Source: a virus. From it: DNA of 64,000 nt. The notes below the pieces were generated by a model. The model saw only the letters and a program-made list of their open reading frames with translations, had not been told where the DNA came from and ran no database searches. Position numbers and translations under genes: made by a program. Positions 44,568 through 54,800 of the stretch are shown piece by piece; the first letter of the stretch is position 1; every line of letters begins with the position of its first letter. The stretch spans positions 32,001 through 96,000 of IMG/VR virus record IMGVR_UViG_3300037245_000806; one strand, given 5' to 3'.

Positions 44568-44942
44568 TTACCCGCGCAGCCTGAAACGGCCCTTGTATTC
44601 AGGTAACACGCGACAAAGATTGCAGAGCAATCGAATATCGTCCGGGTTGTACGTGCTGGCCGTGCCAGAAACCTTCATTTGAACCTTACGAATACCGTAC
44701 CGGATACCCGAACGCTGGCACCCGGCACAGGGCTTCGTCTTTGGCTGCTCGCCCTCGTAGTGCGGCCCCATATCAAACATACGCCGCTCGATCTCAGTCA
44801 ACGAAGTTGCCAGAGCGATAGCCGCGTTCTCTATTCTGTCCCGCTCAGGCTGGTCCACCCTATGCAGATTCCGTTCGCACCATGTGTCGAGCTTAGTCGA
44901 TACCCAACCAAGGCCCGCTATGCGCTTCTTACTTTTCAGCAT
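44568..44942 (-). CDS. Hypothetical protein with a C-terminal Zn finger
   Basis: CAGC...LCNLC. Confidence 0.6.
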   Translation of the reverse strand: MLKSKKRIAGLGWVSTKLDTWCERNLHRVDQPERDRIENAAIALATSLTEIERRMFDMGPHYEGEQPKTKPCAGCQRSGIRYGIRKVQMKVSGTASTYNPDDIRLLCNLCRVLPEYKGRFRLRG

Positions 44943-45418
44943 CAGGCACCAAACCTTCCGTAGACCTCCCGCTGGAACTGTGCTTCGTTACCGCAGTTGT
45001 CAATGACCAGAAAGACACGAGCGTGCCCGCCTTCAATACCCAACTCTGCAAGTATCGCCTGACAACGGCGCATCGTCTTCACGCACCCCTCAGCCGACGT
45101 GAATTCGTTTAGCCAACGCTCAGGGATATGCACGCGCACGACGATGAAGAAGCTGTACTTGATGGCGTCCATGATATCGTCGGCTGTCGGTCGGGCAATG
45201 AAGCGGAGAAGCGCGCGCACCACCGCAGGCGTTGACCCAAGTAGTAATCTGTCATACTCAGCTTGCTGCTGGACACACGCCTTTGAGAGCCCCCACCCAT
45301 CGCCATCGTCAGACTCAGTTGCACGAGCCACGGTGGGCATTGGCGTTATCGCCCCCGGCATCGTGGCCATGCGCTGTACGCGCTCACCCCACGCCGGTCC
45401 TCTGGGTTCATCGGTCAT
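44942..45418 (-). CDS. Hypothetical protein, paralogue A
   Basis: Start MTDEP; aligns by eye with the adjacent gene. Confidence 0.65.
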   Translation of the reverse strand: MTDEPRGPAWGERVQRMATMPGAITPMPTVARATESDDGDGWGLSKACVQQQAEYDRLLLGSTPAVVRALLRFIARPTADDIMDAIKYSFFIVVRVHIPERWLNEFTSAEGCVKTMRRCQAILAELGIEGGHARVFLVIDNCGNEAQFQREVYGRFGA

Positions 45419-45837
45419 GCGCAGAATCCCGCGCGAACCTTCTCCTTGAACTCGTCGGCGGCAGTGCAGCTGTCGGCCATGAGGAAGACACGCGGATTTC
45501 CACCCACGATGTCCAACTCCTGTAGCATGGCCCGGCAGAGCTTGAACACCCGCAGCATGCCCTCTTCGGGCGTGAGTTCCTTGCGCCAATGTGACGGGAT
45601 GCGGATGCGCACGACGATGAACGTGTCGTCGGTAGTTGCGCGCTCGATGTCCTGCTTGGTTGGCCGGTCGATGAAGTGAACCCGCTTCGCGACGGCGGCA
45701 GCACTGGCCACCGGTGAGAGCGACTTGAATACCTGTATGAACTCGTGCTGCTGCTGGATGCATTCTAAGGACATGCCCATGCCCTCGTCATGATCGCCCT
45801 TGCACGTCGCGCGAGCCATCCCACGCAGTGTTCCCAC
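45415..45837 (-). CDS. Hypothetical protein, paralogue B
   Basis: Shares G.S..C.QQQ.E, FI.RPT..DI, FIVVR..IP..W and RVFL..D.C with paralogue A; start uncertain. Confidence 0.65.
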   Translation of the reverse strand: MGTLRGMARATCKGDHDEGMGMSLECIQQQHEFIQVFKSLSPVASAAAVAKRVHFIDRPTKQDIERATTDDTFIVVRIRIPSHWRKELTPEEGMLRVFKLCRAMLQELDIVGGNPRVFLMADSCTAADEFKEKVRAGFCA

Positions 45838-45866
45838 GGCAGGTGCTTCCTTACGGTCCTCTTGGC

Positions 45867-45881
45867 TTGACACAGTGTTAC
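45867..45881. promoter_or_regulatory. Palindromic site TTGACACAGTGTTAC (copy 6)
   Basis: Overlaps the TAA stop of the 41-aa ORF. Confidence 0.7.
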
Positions 45882-46003
45882 CATCCAAACATGCTGAACA
45901 TCTCACGCATCTCCTTGAACGCATCGCGCAACAGTTTGCGCACGACACAATAGGCAGCCACAGCCACCGCAGCGACTGCACAGACAATGTATAGGGTAGT
46001 CAT
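45878..46003 (-). CDS. Small membrane protein (41 aa)
   Basis: My translation MTTLYIVCAVAAVAVAAYCVVRKLLRDAFKEMREMFSMFGW; GGAGG RBS. Confidence 0.6.
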   Translation of the reverse strand: MTTLYIVCAVAAVAVAAYCVVRKLLRDAFKEMREMFSMFGW

Positions 46004-46029
46004 ATGCGCCTCCCTCAATGAACACGGGC

Positions 46030-46075
46030 ATCCTTACGCATGCCTGTGCCCTTGTCAAGATGTTTTTTCGCATGG
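46030..46075 (-). promoter_or_regulatory. Probable promoter at the start of the accessory region (CCATGCGAAAAAA...TTGACA...TAAGGAT)
   Basis: Consensus -35 at 46053-46058 with an upstream A-tract; the -10 is imperfect. Confidence 0.5.
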
Positions 46076-46088
46076 AGCGTAAACTTAT

Positions 46089-46994
46089 TTAGGGCGAGTT
46101 CTCAGGGAGGAGCGCGAAATTGATGTTGTCAATATCAGGGATAATGTACTCGCACATGGAGACGCCACCCACCTTGAACGAATACTTGACGTTCTCTGCG
46201 GTGTACTCCCCGGAGCGATTAAGGACCAGTTCCCAATAGCCGTCAGGCCCGGCGGTGACAGTCTTCGCACTCTTGATGACCTGAATGCCACCCGTAGTGA
46301 AGAACTTGTAATCGACGAGGTTCGCCACGACGTCGCGCGCCGCAGGGTCGTCACTGATGTCGTGGAGGAAGCCCCACACAACACAGGTTCCCGGCGAGGG
46401 CGGCGAGGAGGGATTGAACGGGGCACCTTCGTAAAGAACCGGTGTTGCGCCGCTCACCACGAGGTCTTTCGGAAGCGGGTCGAAGGTGTACTGCCCGAGC
46501 TTCTTGAGCATCACCTTGTAGTTACCGTCGTCCAGATTCCTCAGGAGTTGGCCTGCCGCATCCGTGAGCCCGAAGGCGTACAGCGTCGTCAGCGTTGCGT
46601 CGAATATCTGAACAGTGCAGTCAGGAATAAGCGGTCCGCTGCCGACCTCTTGCACGGTGAAGGTCACGATGTTCGAGCCCGAACCCGCGCCGTCGATGTC
46701 GTCGAAGAGTTGGTTGTACACGTCGTAGTCATTCCGCTTGCCCTCGGGGAAGAAGGTCGCGTGCGTAATGATGATGAGCCAGCGGCCCGTGAGGTTAGGG
46801 GTGAAGACCGTGGCGTAATCGCCGTTGCCAAGCTCGGTGATCGTGACAGGGATGCTGCCCGAGACCTCTGCCCCGGCGGGGTTCCACAGGCGCACCCCGA
46901 ACGTGGCGGGGAGGACGCCCGTCTTCAGGTTGCCGAGGGCATCGTCGCATACAAAGGTGTCGTGAAGCGGCGTGGCCTTCTTGCCGAGCAGCAT
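46089..46994 (-). CDS. Virion structural protein with tandem Ig/transthyretin-like beta domains
   Basis: ITELGNGDY...FTP, TDAAG.....LD.G.Y.V and T.GPDGYW.L.L. Confidence 0.6.
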   Translation of the reverse strand: MLLGKKATPLHDTFVCDDALGNLKTGVLPATFGVRLWNPAGAEVSGSIPVTITELGNGDYATVFTPNLTGRWLIIITHATFFPEGKRNDYDVYNQLFDDIDGAGSGSNIVTFTVQEVGSGPLIPDCTVQIFDATLTTLYAFGLTDAAGQLLRNLDDGNYKVMLKKLGQYTFDPLPKDLVVSGATPVLYEGAPFNPSSPPSPGTCVVWGFLHDISDDPAARDVVANLVDYKFFTTGGIQVIKSAKTVTAGPDGYWELVLNRSGEYTAENVKYSFKVGGVSMCEYIIPDIDNINFALLPENSP

Positions 46995-47003
46995 CGTAGT
47001 CCC

Positions 47004-47447
47004 CTATGGTGTTTGCTTGATCTTCTCGACCTTTTCGGCGAGGTCATCAAGAGTCTTACAGATACGCTCGTCTGTATCCTTGAATGATGTGTGTTCCGCG
47101 CGCATGTCGCGGAGTATAAGGCTCGTATCACGCGCGTCCTTCTCGCGTTGCTTGGCACCATCTTGGAGGGTCTGCTGAATGGTACTTACATGCTCTAGGC
47201 GCTTGGCAGTTTCCAGATTCATCGTAGTTTGCACGCCCCGGTCTGCATGGATGGCGTCGAACTTCTTGTCTGATTCCTCGACGTGCTTCTGGACAATGGT
47301 GAGGGTCTTCTCGATCTGCGTGCTCTGCTTTCCGATCACGCGATACTGGACTATCTCGGCCACGAAATAGGTGGTTACGAGAAACGCGACGAAAGCCAAC
47401 GCCCTGAGCACATTCGTGACCGTCAGGAACTTGCCTTCTTTAGGCAT
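47004..47447 (-). CDS. Single-TM coiled-coil membrane protein (possible lysis accessory)
   Basis: N-terminal hydrophobic helix then a coiled coil; start MPKEG. Confidence 0.55.
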   Translation of the reverse strand: MPKEGKFLTVTNVLRALAFVAFLVTTYFVAEIVQYRVIGKQSTQIEKTLTIVQKHVEESDKKFDAIHADRGVQTTMNLETAKRLEHVSTIQQTLQDGAKQREKDARDTSLILRDMRAEHTSFKDTDERICKTLDDLAEKVEKIKQTP

Positions 47448-47619
47448 CGTTTTTGCGTCCTTCCATTCGAGGTCCAGCGTAGTTACCCAACGGCCAGTAC
47501 CACGGTGCCCCACTCGGCTTGAAACAGGACGCGCACGCTATTATCCCGGCACAATACGCTCCGGGTGTTGCAACAAGCATTCCTATCACCAATCCGAGGA
47601 GCCACCACATTTCGCCCCC

Positions 47620-48024
47620 TTACGAACCGACTTCATCTCGATATTGAGGCCACATGAAGTGACCCACAGGGAACCCGAGCGCGAACACGACATGCGGATG
47701 ATTGCACAAGTAGTCGATTGGCGCAAGTGAAGGACACGTCAATGCGAGACCGGTGAGGAGAATGCCGAGGAGAGCGACGACGATCAACCGTTGCTTCAAT
47801 GTGGAGTTGTCGCGGGGTCCATCCTTGTGCCAGAAGATGTGCCCGGCGAGGACGCCGAACACATACGGGAAGCCCAACAGGCGAGACGTGATCCGCAGGA
47901 CTGCGCTGATCGTAGTGTCCTCCAACCCATCGTGTAATAGTACCACATCCCACACGATCAAGCCAGCAGCGAGCGCTAGAATTCCGTACAGCGTCTTTCG
48001 CCCGTCAGATGTCAGCAGACCCAT
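47620..48024 (-). CDS. Multi-TM membrane protein (holin-like candidate)
   Basis: About four hydrophobic segments; repeated GH.FW/GHFMW. Confidence 0.5.
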   Translation of the reverse strand: MGLLTSDGRKTLYGILALAAGLIVWDVVLLHDGLEDTTISAVLRITSRLLGFPYVFGVLAGHIFWHKDGPRDNSTLKQRLIVVALLGILLTGLALTCPSLAPIDYLCNHPHVVFALGFPVGHFMWPQYRDEVGS

Positions 48025-48029
48025 GTTAC

Positions 48030-48626
48030 CTACCGCTCATCTTCGACGGCGACGACCTCTGCGACTGTCTCGCAGGCAGCCACCAGCATCTTGAGCGCGC
48101 GTCCGCTGTCGGTGTGCGTCTTGACCGTGCCGAGCGCGGTCAGATAGAACGTGTTGTACGCGGCTTCGTCCGCAAGCGCATGCTCAATGTCAGCGTCACT
48201 CGTGGATACCTTGTGCGGGAACGTGATCTGACCCATGTCGATGGCAGCCTTCACCCCGACGATGTTCATCTGCGCTTGGTCAGACAAGCTGAACTGATGC
48301 CCGTCATAGGTGAAGCCCTCGCCGATCTTCACACGCGTAGTCACGTCGATCTCCGCACCCTTGGCGACCTTGACAACATCCAGCGGGCGCTCGTCGAGCG
48401 TCTTGGGGCGCACCGCCGTCTTGGCGTCGAGGTCGTAGGTCCAGTCATTCAACCGGACGGTGTGCGTGAGCGGGTTGAGTGCTGGCGTCGAGACAGTCGT
48501 CTCCGCGAGGAACACGATGTTCTCCGCGAGTCCCGGTATCTCCCCGGTGCCCTCTTCCGTCGTGGGCCACGGCCTGCCATGCGCGACGGCCTCGCCCGCG
48601 TCGGTGTCATAGATCGTATACAGCAT
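48030..48626 (-). CDS. Tail fibre assembly chaperone (DUF4376-like)
   Basis: K.AK.AEID...I..GF.YDG..F.LS...Q.N...LK..V.AC.TV.EV.AV. Confidence 0.75.
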   Translation of the reverse strand: MLYTIYDTDAGEAVAHGRPWPTTEEGTGEIPGLAENIVFLAETTVSTPALNPLTHTVRLNDWTYDLDAKTAVRPKTLDERPLDVVKVAKGAEIDVTTRVKIGEGFTYDGHQFSLSDQAQMNIVGVKAAIDMGQITFPHKVSTSDADIEHALADEAAYNTFYLTALGTVKTHTDSGRALKMLVAACETVAEVVAVEDER

Positions 48627-48635
48627 ATCGTCCTC

Positions 48636-50735
48636 CTAGATCGTTGGTGCTGCATCCTTGTACGGATGTCCACCGGGGAGCTTGCTTTCCTGCCCCCACT
48701 TCCAAGCGAAGTAGCCTTCCATCCGCTGCCGATCAGCTTCGGTGAGTTCACCATCGACAATGACGATCTCACCGATCATACCATCCGCCGCGTGCGCGTA
48801 CTGGTTGTCCGCGATGGCATTCATACCGAGCGTCCTCGGATAGCGGTATAGTCCCGCGTTGTCGGTCAGTACACCATCGACACTGAACTGCTTCTGCGAC
48901 GTGCGGATGTGCGAGAGGAAGCCGAGGATGTAGTCGGTGGCGATGACCGCAGTCTGAGCCGCCTTCGTGTCGGTCGGACTCCACGGCGAGGCGCTTCCCC
49001 AGTTCCGAATCAAGCCGGTCGTGAGGACCGTGTTCTGCGTGTTGCTGCCTCCGATGCAGGTGAAGTCAGCGACCAGCGCGTCGATGTTGATGACGCACCA
49101 CATCTCCTTGCCGATCATGTCGATGGCTGAACCGAAGTCGAGGTGCTGACTCGACGCGCCCACGTAGTCGAAGACGTTCTCGCCGCCGATGGTGCGCGTC
49201 CCGGTCGTCGGCCTGTTCCCGCCCGACTGCGTGGCGTCGTTTTCCCTGCCGCTCTTGTCGTCAATCTGATCGACCGCGCCAGCCGTGTCGGAGATCGTCG
49301 CGGAGTCGGCGGTATCCCACCACGCTTCGAGGGGTTCCCCGGCGTCCTTCGGCGTCCACGCCCGCGTCGCACGAGTCGGAGCGTGGCCCTTGTACGGGTG
49401 CCCGATGGGGAGTAGTGCTTGGATGCCCCACTTCCACGCGAGGTATCCCTCGATCTTCTGAATGTTGGCAAGCGTCAGGTCCGTGATGACAATGAACTCA
49501 GCCATCGCGCCGTCAGGAATAGCCGTGCCCGCGCGGTCAGCGAACATCCTGAGAGTCTGCGAGGCCGAGAGCTTGGTCGAGTACGTCTGCGGCGTCCCGT
49601 TCACTTCCCCATCGACCCGCGCACTGATCTCTGTGTCGCCGGTGAAATCGAAGATGGACGCGAACATGTGCGCGCCCGTGTAAGGGCCACCCGTTAGCGC
49701 GACGTTGGTGCCTCCCGTGGCGTCAATCTCACCGTCGAACTGACTCGCGTTCGCAGCGTCTAGCTGGTAGTCCTCCGCAGCGTCCGCGCTCCACAGTGAA
49801 TCGTTCGCGTCGTCCACCGAGTCGATCAACACGACGCCGATGACCGCGTGGTCTCCCGAGGCGTCGATGGGGAAGGCGGTCTTCGCCATGAAGTCGCCGC
49901 CGTCGCAGTCGAGGACGTTCAAACCGTTCTGTGTGCGTGCGCCCGAGGTCGGCTGCGCTGCCACAGTCGCTTGAACCAGATCGCGCTGCTGGTTCGCCTT
50001 GTCCTGCCACAAGCTCACGTCTGCGGCTTCAACCGTCAGGAGTGGCGATATTCCGTAGATCGGAAGATCGTAGGTGTCAGTATTGACGCCACGATCAATC
50101 CAGAACTGTTGCTCGGCCCGTGCAAGACCCAAGTTGGTGTTGCCACCGTTGCCAAGAGGATTTTCGGCAGTGCCGTCCCAACGAGTACCCGTCCAGACAG
50201 CACACCACGATGTCCAAATAGGAGTGTCATTCGGACGCAGGTTTCCGTCTTCGTCCAAGTCTATATTGACTCTGGCCCAACTACTGCTAGGCCACATATC
50301 TGAGAGCTTGAGGAAAGCCACCTGTGCGCCGTCCATCAGGATAACCGCACTGTCCGTGTCGGAGCCGGGATCGGTGTTAGTATTATCTTTCGCGTCTACA
50401 GTGGCCGTGGACACAACAGCCGTCCATCCCGTACCGAGTCCAGCCGCAGTCGCTAGGTTCTGAATGAACGTGTTGTAGTCCGCTATCGTTGCAGACGACC
50501 CATCCCGCACGCCACTCGACACGAACATCAGTCGGTACTTGTCCCCGACCTGCCACGGCTTCCCTGTGTTGGGATTGATCGGGAGCGCGTCAACGTCGAG
50601 GACGCCAAGCTCGCCAGCCGCACCGAGGATCGTCGCCTCGTCGGCGGCGTCATACCACGCGTCGAGGTCGATCTCAGACGGGAGCCACGGCGTAGACGGG
50701 ATACCAAATGTCCTGAATGGGTTGATGATCTCCAT
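48636..50735 (-). CDS. Fibre/receptor-binding protein: two LamG-like repeats, the first interrupted by a C-type-lectin-like insert
   Basis: L.AW.D.AD..TI, W.DK and EGY.AWKWG...LP.GHPYK occur twice; insert GDKYRLMFVSS...WTGT..DG. Confidence 0.75.
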   Translation of the reverse strand: MEIINPFRTFGIPSTPWLPSEIDLDAWYDAADEATILGAAGELGVLDVDALPINPNTGKPWQVGDKYRLMFVSSGVRDGSSATIADYNTFIQNLATAAGLGTGWTAVVSTATVDAKDNTNTDPGSDTDSAVILMDGAQVAFLKLSDMWPSSSWARVNIDLDEDGNLRPNDTPIWTSWCAVWTGTRWDGTAENPLGNGGNTNLGLARAEQQFWIDRGVNTDTYDLPIYGISPLLTVEAADVSLWQDKANQQRDLVQATVAAQPTSGARTQNGLNVLDCDGGDFMAKTAFPIDASGDHAVIGVVLIDSVDDANDSLWSADAAEDYQLDAANASQFDGEIDATGGTNVALTGGPYTGAHMFASIFDFTGDTEISARVDGEVNGTPQTYSTKLSASQTLRMFADRAGTAIPDGAMAEFIVITDLTLANIQKIEGYLAWKWGIQALLPIGHPYKGHAPTRATRAWTPKDAGEPLEAWWDTADSATISDTAGAVDQIDDKSGRENDATQSGGNRPTTGTRTIGGENVFDYVGASSQHLDFGSAIDMIGKEMWCVINIDALVADFTCIGGSNTQNTVLTTGLIRNWGSASPWSPTDTKAAQTAVIATDYILGFLSHIRTSQKQFSVDGVLTDNAGLYRYPRTLGMNAIADNQYAHAADGMIGEIVIVDGELTEADRQRMEGYFAWKWGQESKLPGGHPYKDAAPTI

Positions 50736-51535
50736 TATGGCTGCGCTCCGATCAGCGCAATCTTCAATCCCAAGCCCGCGACGGAGGCACCTACGGCGTC
50801 GATGTCCACTGTGATCTCCACGTCGCCCCCGAGATTCGGGTCGTCGATGACAGGAGGCGTCACTGCGGTCACGGAGGTCTTCTCCCCGGCGTCAATCGTG
50901 ATCTCCGTAGTGAGAATGGAGACGCCACCCACATTGATGTCCACCGTGATAGCAGAGCCGGTGGGCGCGGTCTTCACGTTCGCACGCACCCCCGAGAGTA
51001 CGAACGCGTAAGGCATTCGGAACGTGAGCTTGTCCGTTCCCGTAGTCAGCGGAGTAAACTCGTTGCTCACCGCAGCGACGATGGCCTCGACGGGGTTGCC
51101 AGCGTGACCAATCAACTCGATCTTCAAGCCCGCCCCGGCGATGGTCGAGCCTATAGCGTCGATGTCCACGGTGATCTCTGCATCGTCCACGAGGTTCACG
51201 TCGTCGAGCACAGGAGGATTCACTGAGTCGAGCGAGGTCTTGGTCCCCGCGTCAATGCTGATCTTCGTCGAGAGGATGCTTACGGGACCGCCGCCTGTGT
51301 CCTGATTGATGTCCACCACGAGGGCCGACCCCGTGGGAGCCGTCTTCGAGTTCGCGCGGACGCCGGTCAGTGTGAATCCATAGGGGACGCGGAACGTGAG
51401 CTTGGCGCTCCCTGTAGTCAGGATCGAATCTTCGTCGCCCACCGCAGCCATGATCGACTGCCTGACGTTGCCGCCGGGCACACCGGGATCGCCCTTCGGC
51501 CCTTGGAGTAGCTCAATCGCTGATTCATCAGCCAT
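50735..51535 (-). CDS. Fibre adaptor protein with two tandem ~120-aa beta domains and a short Gly-X-Y stretch
   Basis: LTTG..KLTFR.PY.F.L.GVRAN.KTAPTGSA..VDIN occurs twice; QGPKGDPGVPG. Confidence 0.75.
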   Translation of the reverse strand: MADESAIELLQGPKGDPGVPGGNVRQSIMAAVGDEDSILTTGSAKLTFRVPYGFTLTGVRANSKTAPTGSALVVDINQDTGGGPVSILSTKISIDAGTKTSLDSVNPPVLDDVNLVDDAEITVDIDAIGSTIAGAGLKIELIGHAGNPVEAIVAAVSNEFTPLTTGTDKLTFRMPYAFVLSGVRANVKTAPTGSAITVDINVGGVSILTTEITIDAGEKTSVTAVTPPVIDDPNLGGDVEITVDIDAVGASVAGLGLKIALIGAQP

Positions 51536-51543
51536 GACTCACC

Positions 51544-51804
51544 CTATCCTGCTTGCGCCAGCTTCGCCTTTATGCCAAGGCACTTGATGCTGCCTTCTTT
51601 GAACTTGCGACACGTCGCCGGACGATCTTCGTAGATGGTACATAACATTGTGTCAAGGTCCAGCGCCACGCACGTCTCGTCAGCCCGCTGTTGCATGTAC
51701 CTTACGCCGCCAAGGGTGAACGTCATCTCCTCGGGGACGTTGTTGAAGCGACCCACATCCGTGAGCATCTTGTGACAACACGCCCCGCAGCCCATGCAGC
51801 CCAT
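51544..51804 (-). CDS. YkgJ-family CxxCxxCC cysteine-cluster protein
   Basis: CMGCGACC...CVALD....CTIYEDRP.TCR.F. Confidence 0.85.
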   Translation of the reverse strand: MGCMGCGACCHKMLTDVGRFNNVPEEMTFTLGGVRYMQQRADETCVALDLDTMLCTIYEDRPATCRKFKEGSIKCLGIKAKLAQAG

Positions 51805-51811
51805 GATTCAC

Positions 51812-54800
51812 CTACTCATTGAGAGTACCCACCTGCCACTCCCGAATACCATAGAAGAAGTTCTCCAACACGACGTCGGCTACAAGATCGTCACTCCCAT
51901 GATTGGCGGGGCGCTGTAGTCTACACCAGATGATATCGCCCGTCTTCCGGTCAGAGATGTCTATTCGCTTAGCGAGTACGTATCGTTGCGACCTGCCCGC
52001 AGGCCAAAGGTTAGTGAACGTGATGAGATTCACCTGCGTGGGCTCCTCAAGCGCAGAGCCATTGAACGTCGCACCCGGACCTGTCTTCGCTGCGTAGAGG
52101 TTCATCACAGCGACCTTGTCGCCCCCGGCAATTGGAGCATCAGCGGACAACTCGAAGACCACCTGTATACCGGACGACGTGTCCATGTCTGCCGTGATGA
52201 GAATGCGGAAGTACATGTCATCGTCTTTTGTGTCCTCGAACTTGTTCTCCTTGAGCCCGAACGCAGGGATGTTGGCCGATATGTCAATGGACTGATCGCC
52301 AGCGCCACCCTTGAACACACCCGACTCGGAAAGCTGAGGGCGGGCCGTGCGCGCGTCACCATGATGTGAGACCGTCCCGTTGGGGCGTATCTCGAAGTAA
52401 CTTCCCTTCATGCGGGGCGACCTGAGTATCGGCGACGTAGTGATCGCAGTCACGATGCGACAGCGCATCCAGTAACCGGTGTCGCCATCCACAGCAACCG
52501 TCGCCCAACCCGCCGCACTCGGGCTGGCCTCAGTGACCCCATCGTGGATGCGCTGGTCCCAACGGATCGTATAGCCCTTGTCGCTCGCGCCGCCGAAGCT
52601 CACGTCGGCAGTCGAGTTGGAGAAGCCCGACCGCGTGTTCAGTGAATTGATCGCCAGCCAACTCGCCGAACCGCCGTCGTAGTATTCCCACACGATAGAG
52701 CCCGCCCCGAGATTGATCGGGGTGATGCCCATGATGTACCCAATGGCGTGAAAGATGAATGGGCTCAGGTCACCGAAATAGATCGCCGCGTCGGCGTTCA
52801 CATTCGGGAAGCTGATATCATTACCATCGGCCACGTCGGCATAGGTGGCGCTGCCATCGAACGTCTTGACCTTCGTCCCGAAGAAGTACGGGCCACCCTG
52901 CCCTGCGCGGAGGAAGTTGCCACCCGTTTGTCCGTGAGAGCCGACCGCCATGTCTTCGAGGAAGCGGTACACGTTCACATCGGTATCGAATCCACCAATG
53001 TTGACCGTAGCACCCGCAGCGATGCTCACACGGTCCCGCGAGAAGGAGACGGTCTGCGCCTCGATGACACCCGACGCCGTCTCGACAAGTATGTCAAAGA
53101 TGGTTGACTCGATCTGAATACCCTGCGCGGAAATCTGACCTCCGCTGCCGCCTGTACGGAAACCGTAGTCCCCTCCGCTTAGTCGTCCACCGATTACAGC
53201 GATAACACCGCTGTCGGCGTATGCGCTATTGATGACCTGATTGCTTGTTGACGCGAAGCCGACTGCCGCCACCACAGCACCCGGCGCAGAGGCATGAAGG
53301 ACTGTATCAACAGGCGCATTCCTGATAATCATCGACGTGTACGACAAGACCGTTCCGCCAGCAACCGACGACCTGAAGTACGTCCCAAGCGATGTTATCG
53401 GCGCAGCCGCGCAGTCATAGCAGAGGACGAGAGCGCCTGCTGCGGCACACTCGATGCCGACCAGCCCATCCTCAACACGAATGTCGCGGAGAACCCATGT
53501 ACCATTACTGACGGACATCTTGGCGAGCGCAGCAGTCGTAGTGCCCCTCAGCGTGAAGCCCTCAAGCTCGCTGTTGTCTGCGCCAGCGAACAGGTCGGAA
53601 CTCGACGTGTCAGCCTCGATGACTGTACTCGACGCGCCATTGCATGACACAATGTCAACATACGGGATGTTCACGAGCGGGTTGTCTTCAATGAAGACGC
53701 CGGGGCCGACCTTGATGATGTATCGGTTGGTCACGTCTGCATCCGTGATCGTGGACAACGCGTGCTTGAGCGTCAGGAACGGGGAGGTCATGTGCCCCAA
53801 CCCGGTGAGGTCACTCCCGTTCTTCGCAACCCACAAGAGATTCTTGATTACGGTCTGAGGCTGCGCGGAGAGCTTGAGACCGATCAGGTCGAGTATCTCG
53901 CCCTTGTCTGTTGTCGAGGTGCGGAGGACGGGGAGGACGATCTGACCCACCGTTGTCGGCTTGGTCGTAGTGGGGACACCTGCCGACGTCGGGCTGAGGA
54001 AGTATGTCGTGTTGACAGTCAGCGCGCCACCATTCTGCCACCCCGTGATAACCACGTCACCGATCTTCTGCACGGTGAAGTTGTCCACGCCAGCAACAGC
54101 GATAACGACCCAACACGCCTCCGCGTTAAGCGACGAGTCAGCCTTCGCGCGGACCCAACCTGCGTTGGTCGGGCGAACCACGGTGACTGCCGTAGTCGGT
54201 GCAGTGAAACCATGCGCCACCTGATTGACGCTCAACGAACCGCCACCGAGGTCGAGGTCGTCAATCGTGTCAAGCGCCTTCTGCACATCGGTATCTGAGG
54301 CGGACAGGTTCTTGGTGAAGGCAGCCACGACTGTGGAGATAGCGCTCGCCGGGTGCGAGTCGGGTGCGGAGCGACCCGTCGTGCCAGCGTGTACTATCGA
54401 GCCCGCATCGACAGCCGGGCCAGTGCTGACGTTACGGTAGTCTACCGCTGAGATGAAGTCAGGCGTCCCGCCCACGTTCCGATACGTGACGCGGTACAGC
54501 AACTTCCACTCGGCCACGCCCATCAAGATAGCCGGGAAGCTCTCATTCTCTGCCCCGGACACAGTGGTGTATTGCGCCTGCCCGACGAGCGTCTGAATCG
54601 GTGAGCCCAAGACGCCTGCGCCATAGATGTAGTAGTTGATGTACCGATTGTTCGCCGCAGCGGTCAGCGTTCCCGCATCGTCAAACATGAGCGTGTCATC
54701 GACGCCCGCGTTGACAACACGATACGGTGTGGCGACGGCGTTCTCTACGCGCATCGACGTGAGGCCAGCATTCCGATACCAGATGTTACCGCTCGCCTGC

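Noticed and set aside
48636-50735. Diversity-generating retroelement targeting the lectin-like domain
   Set aside because: No reverse transcriptase and no template/variable repeat pair differing at adenines was seen in this window.
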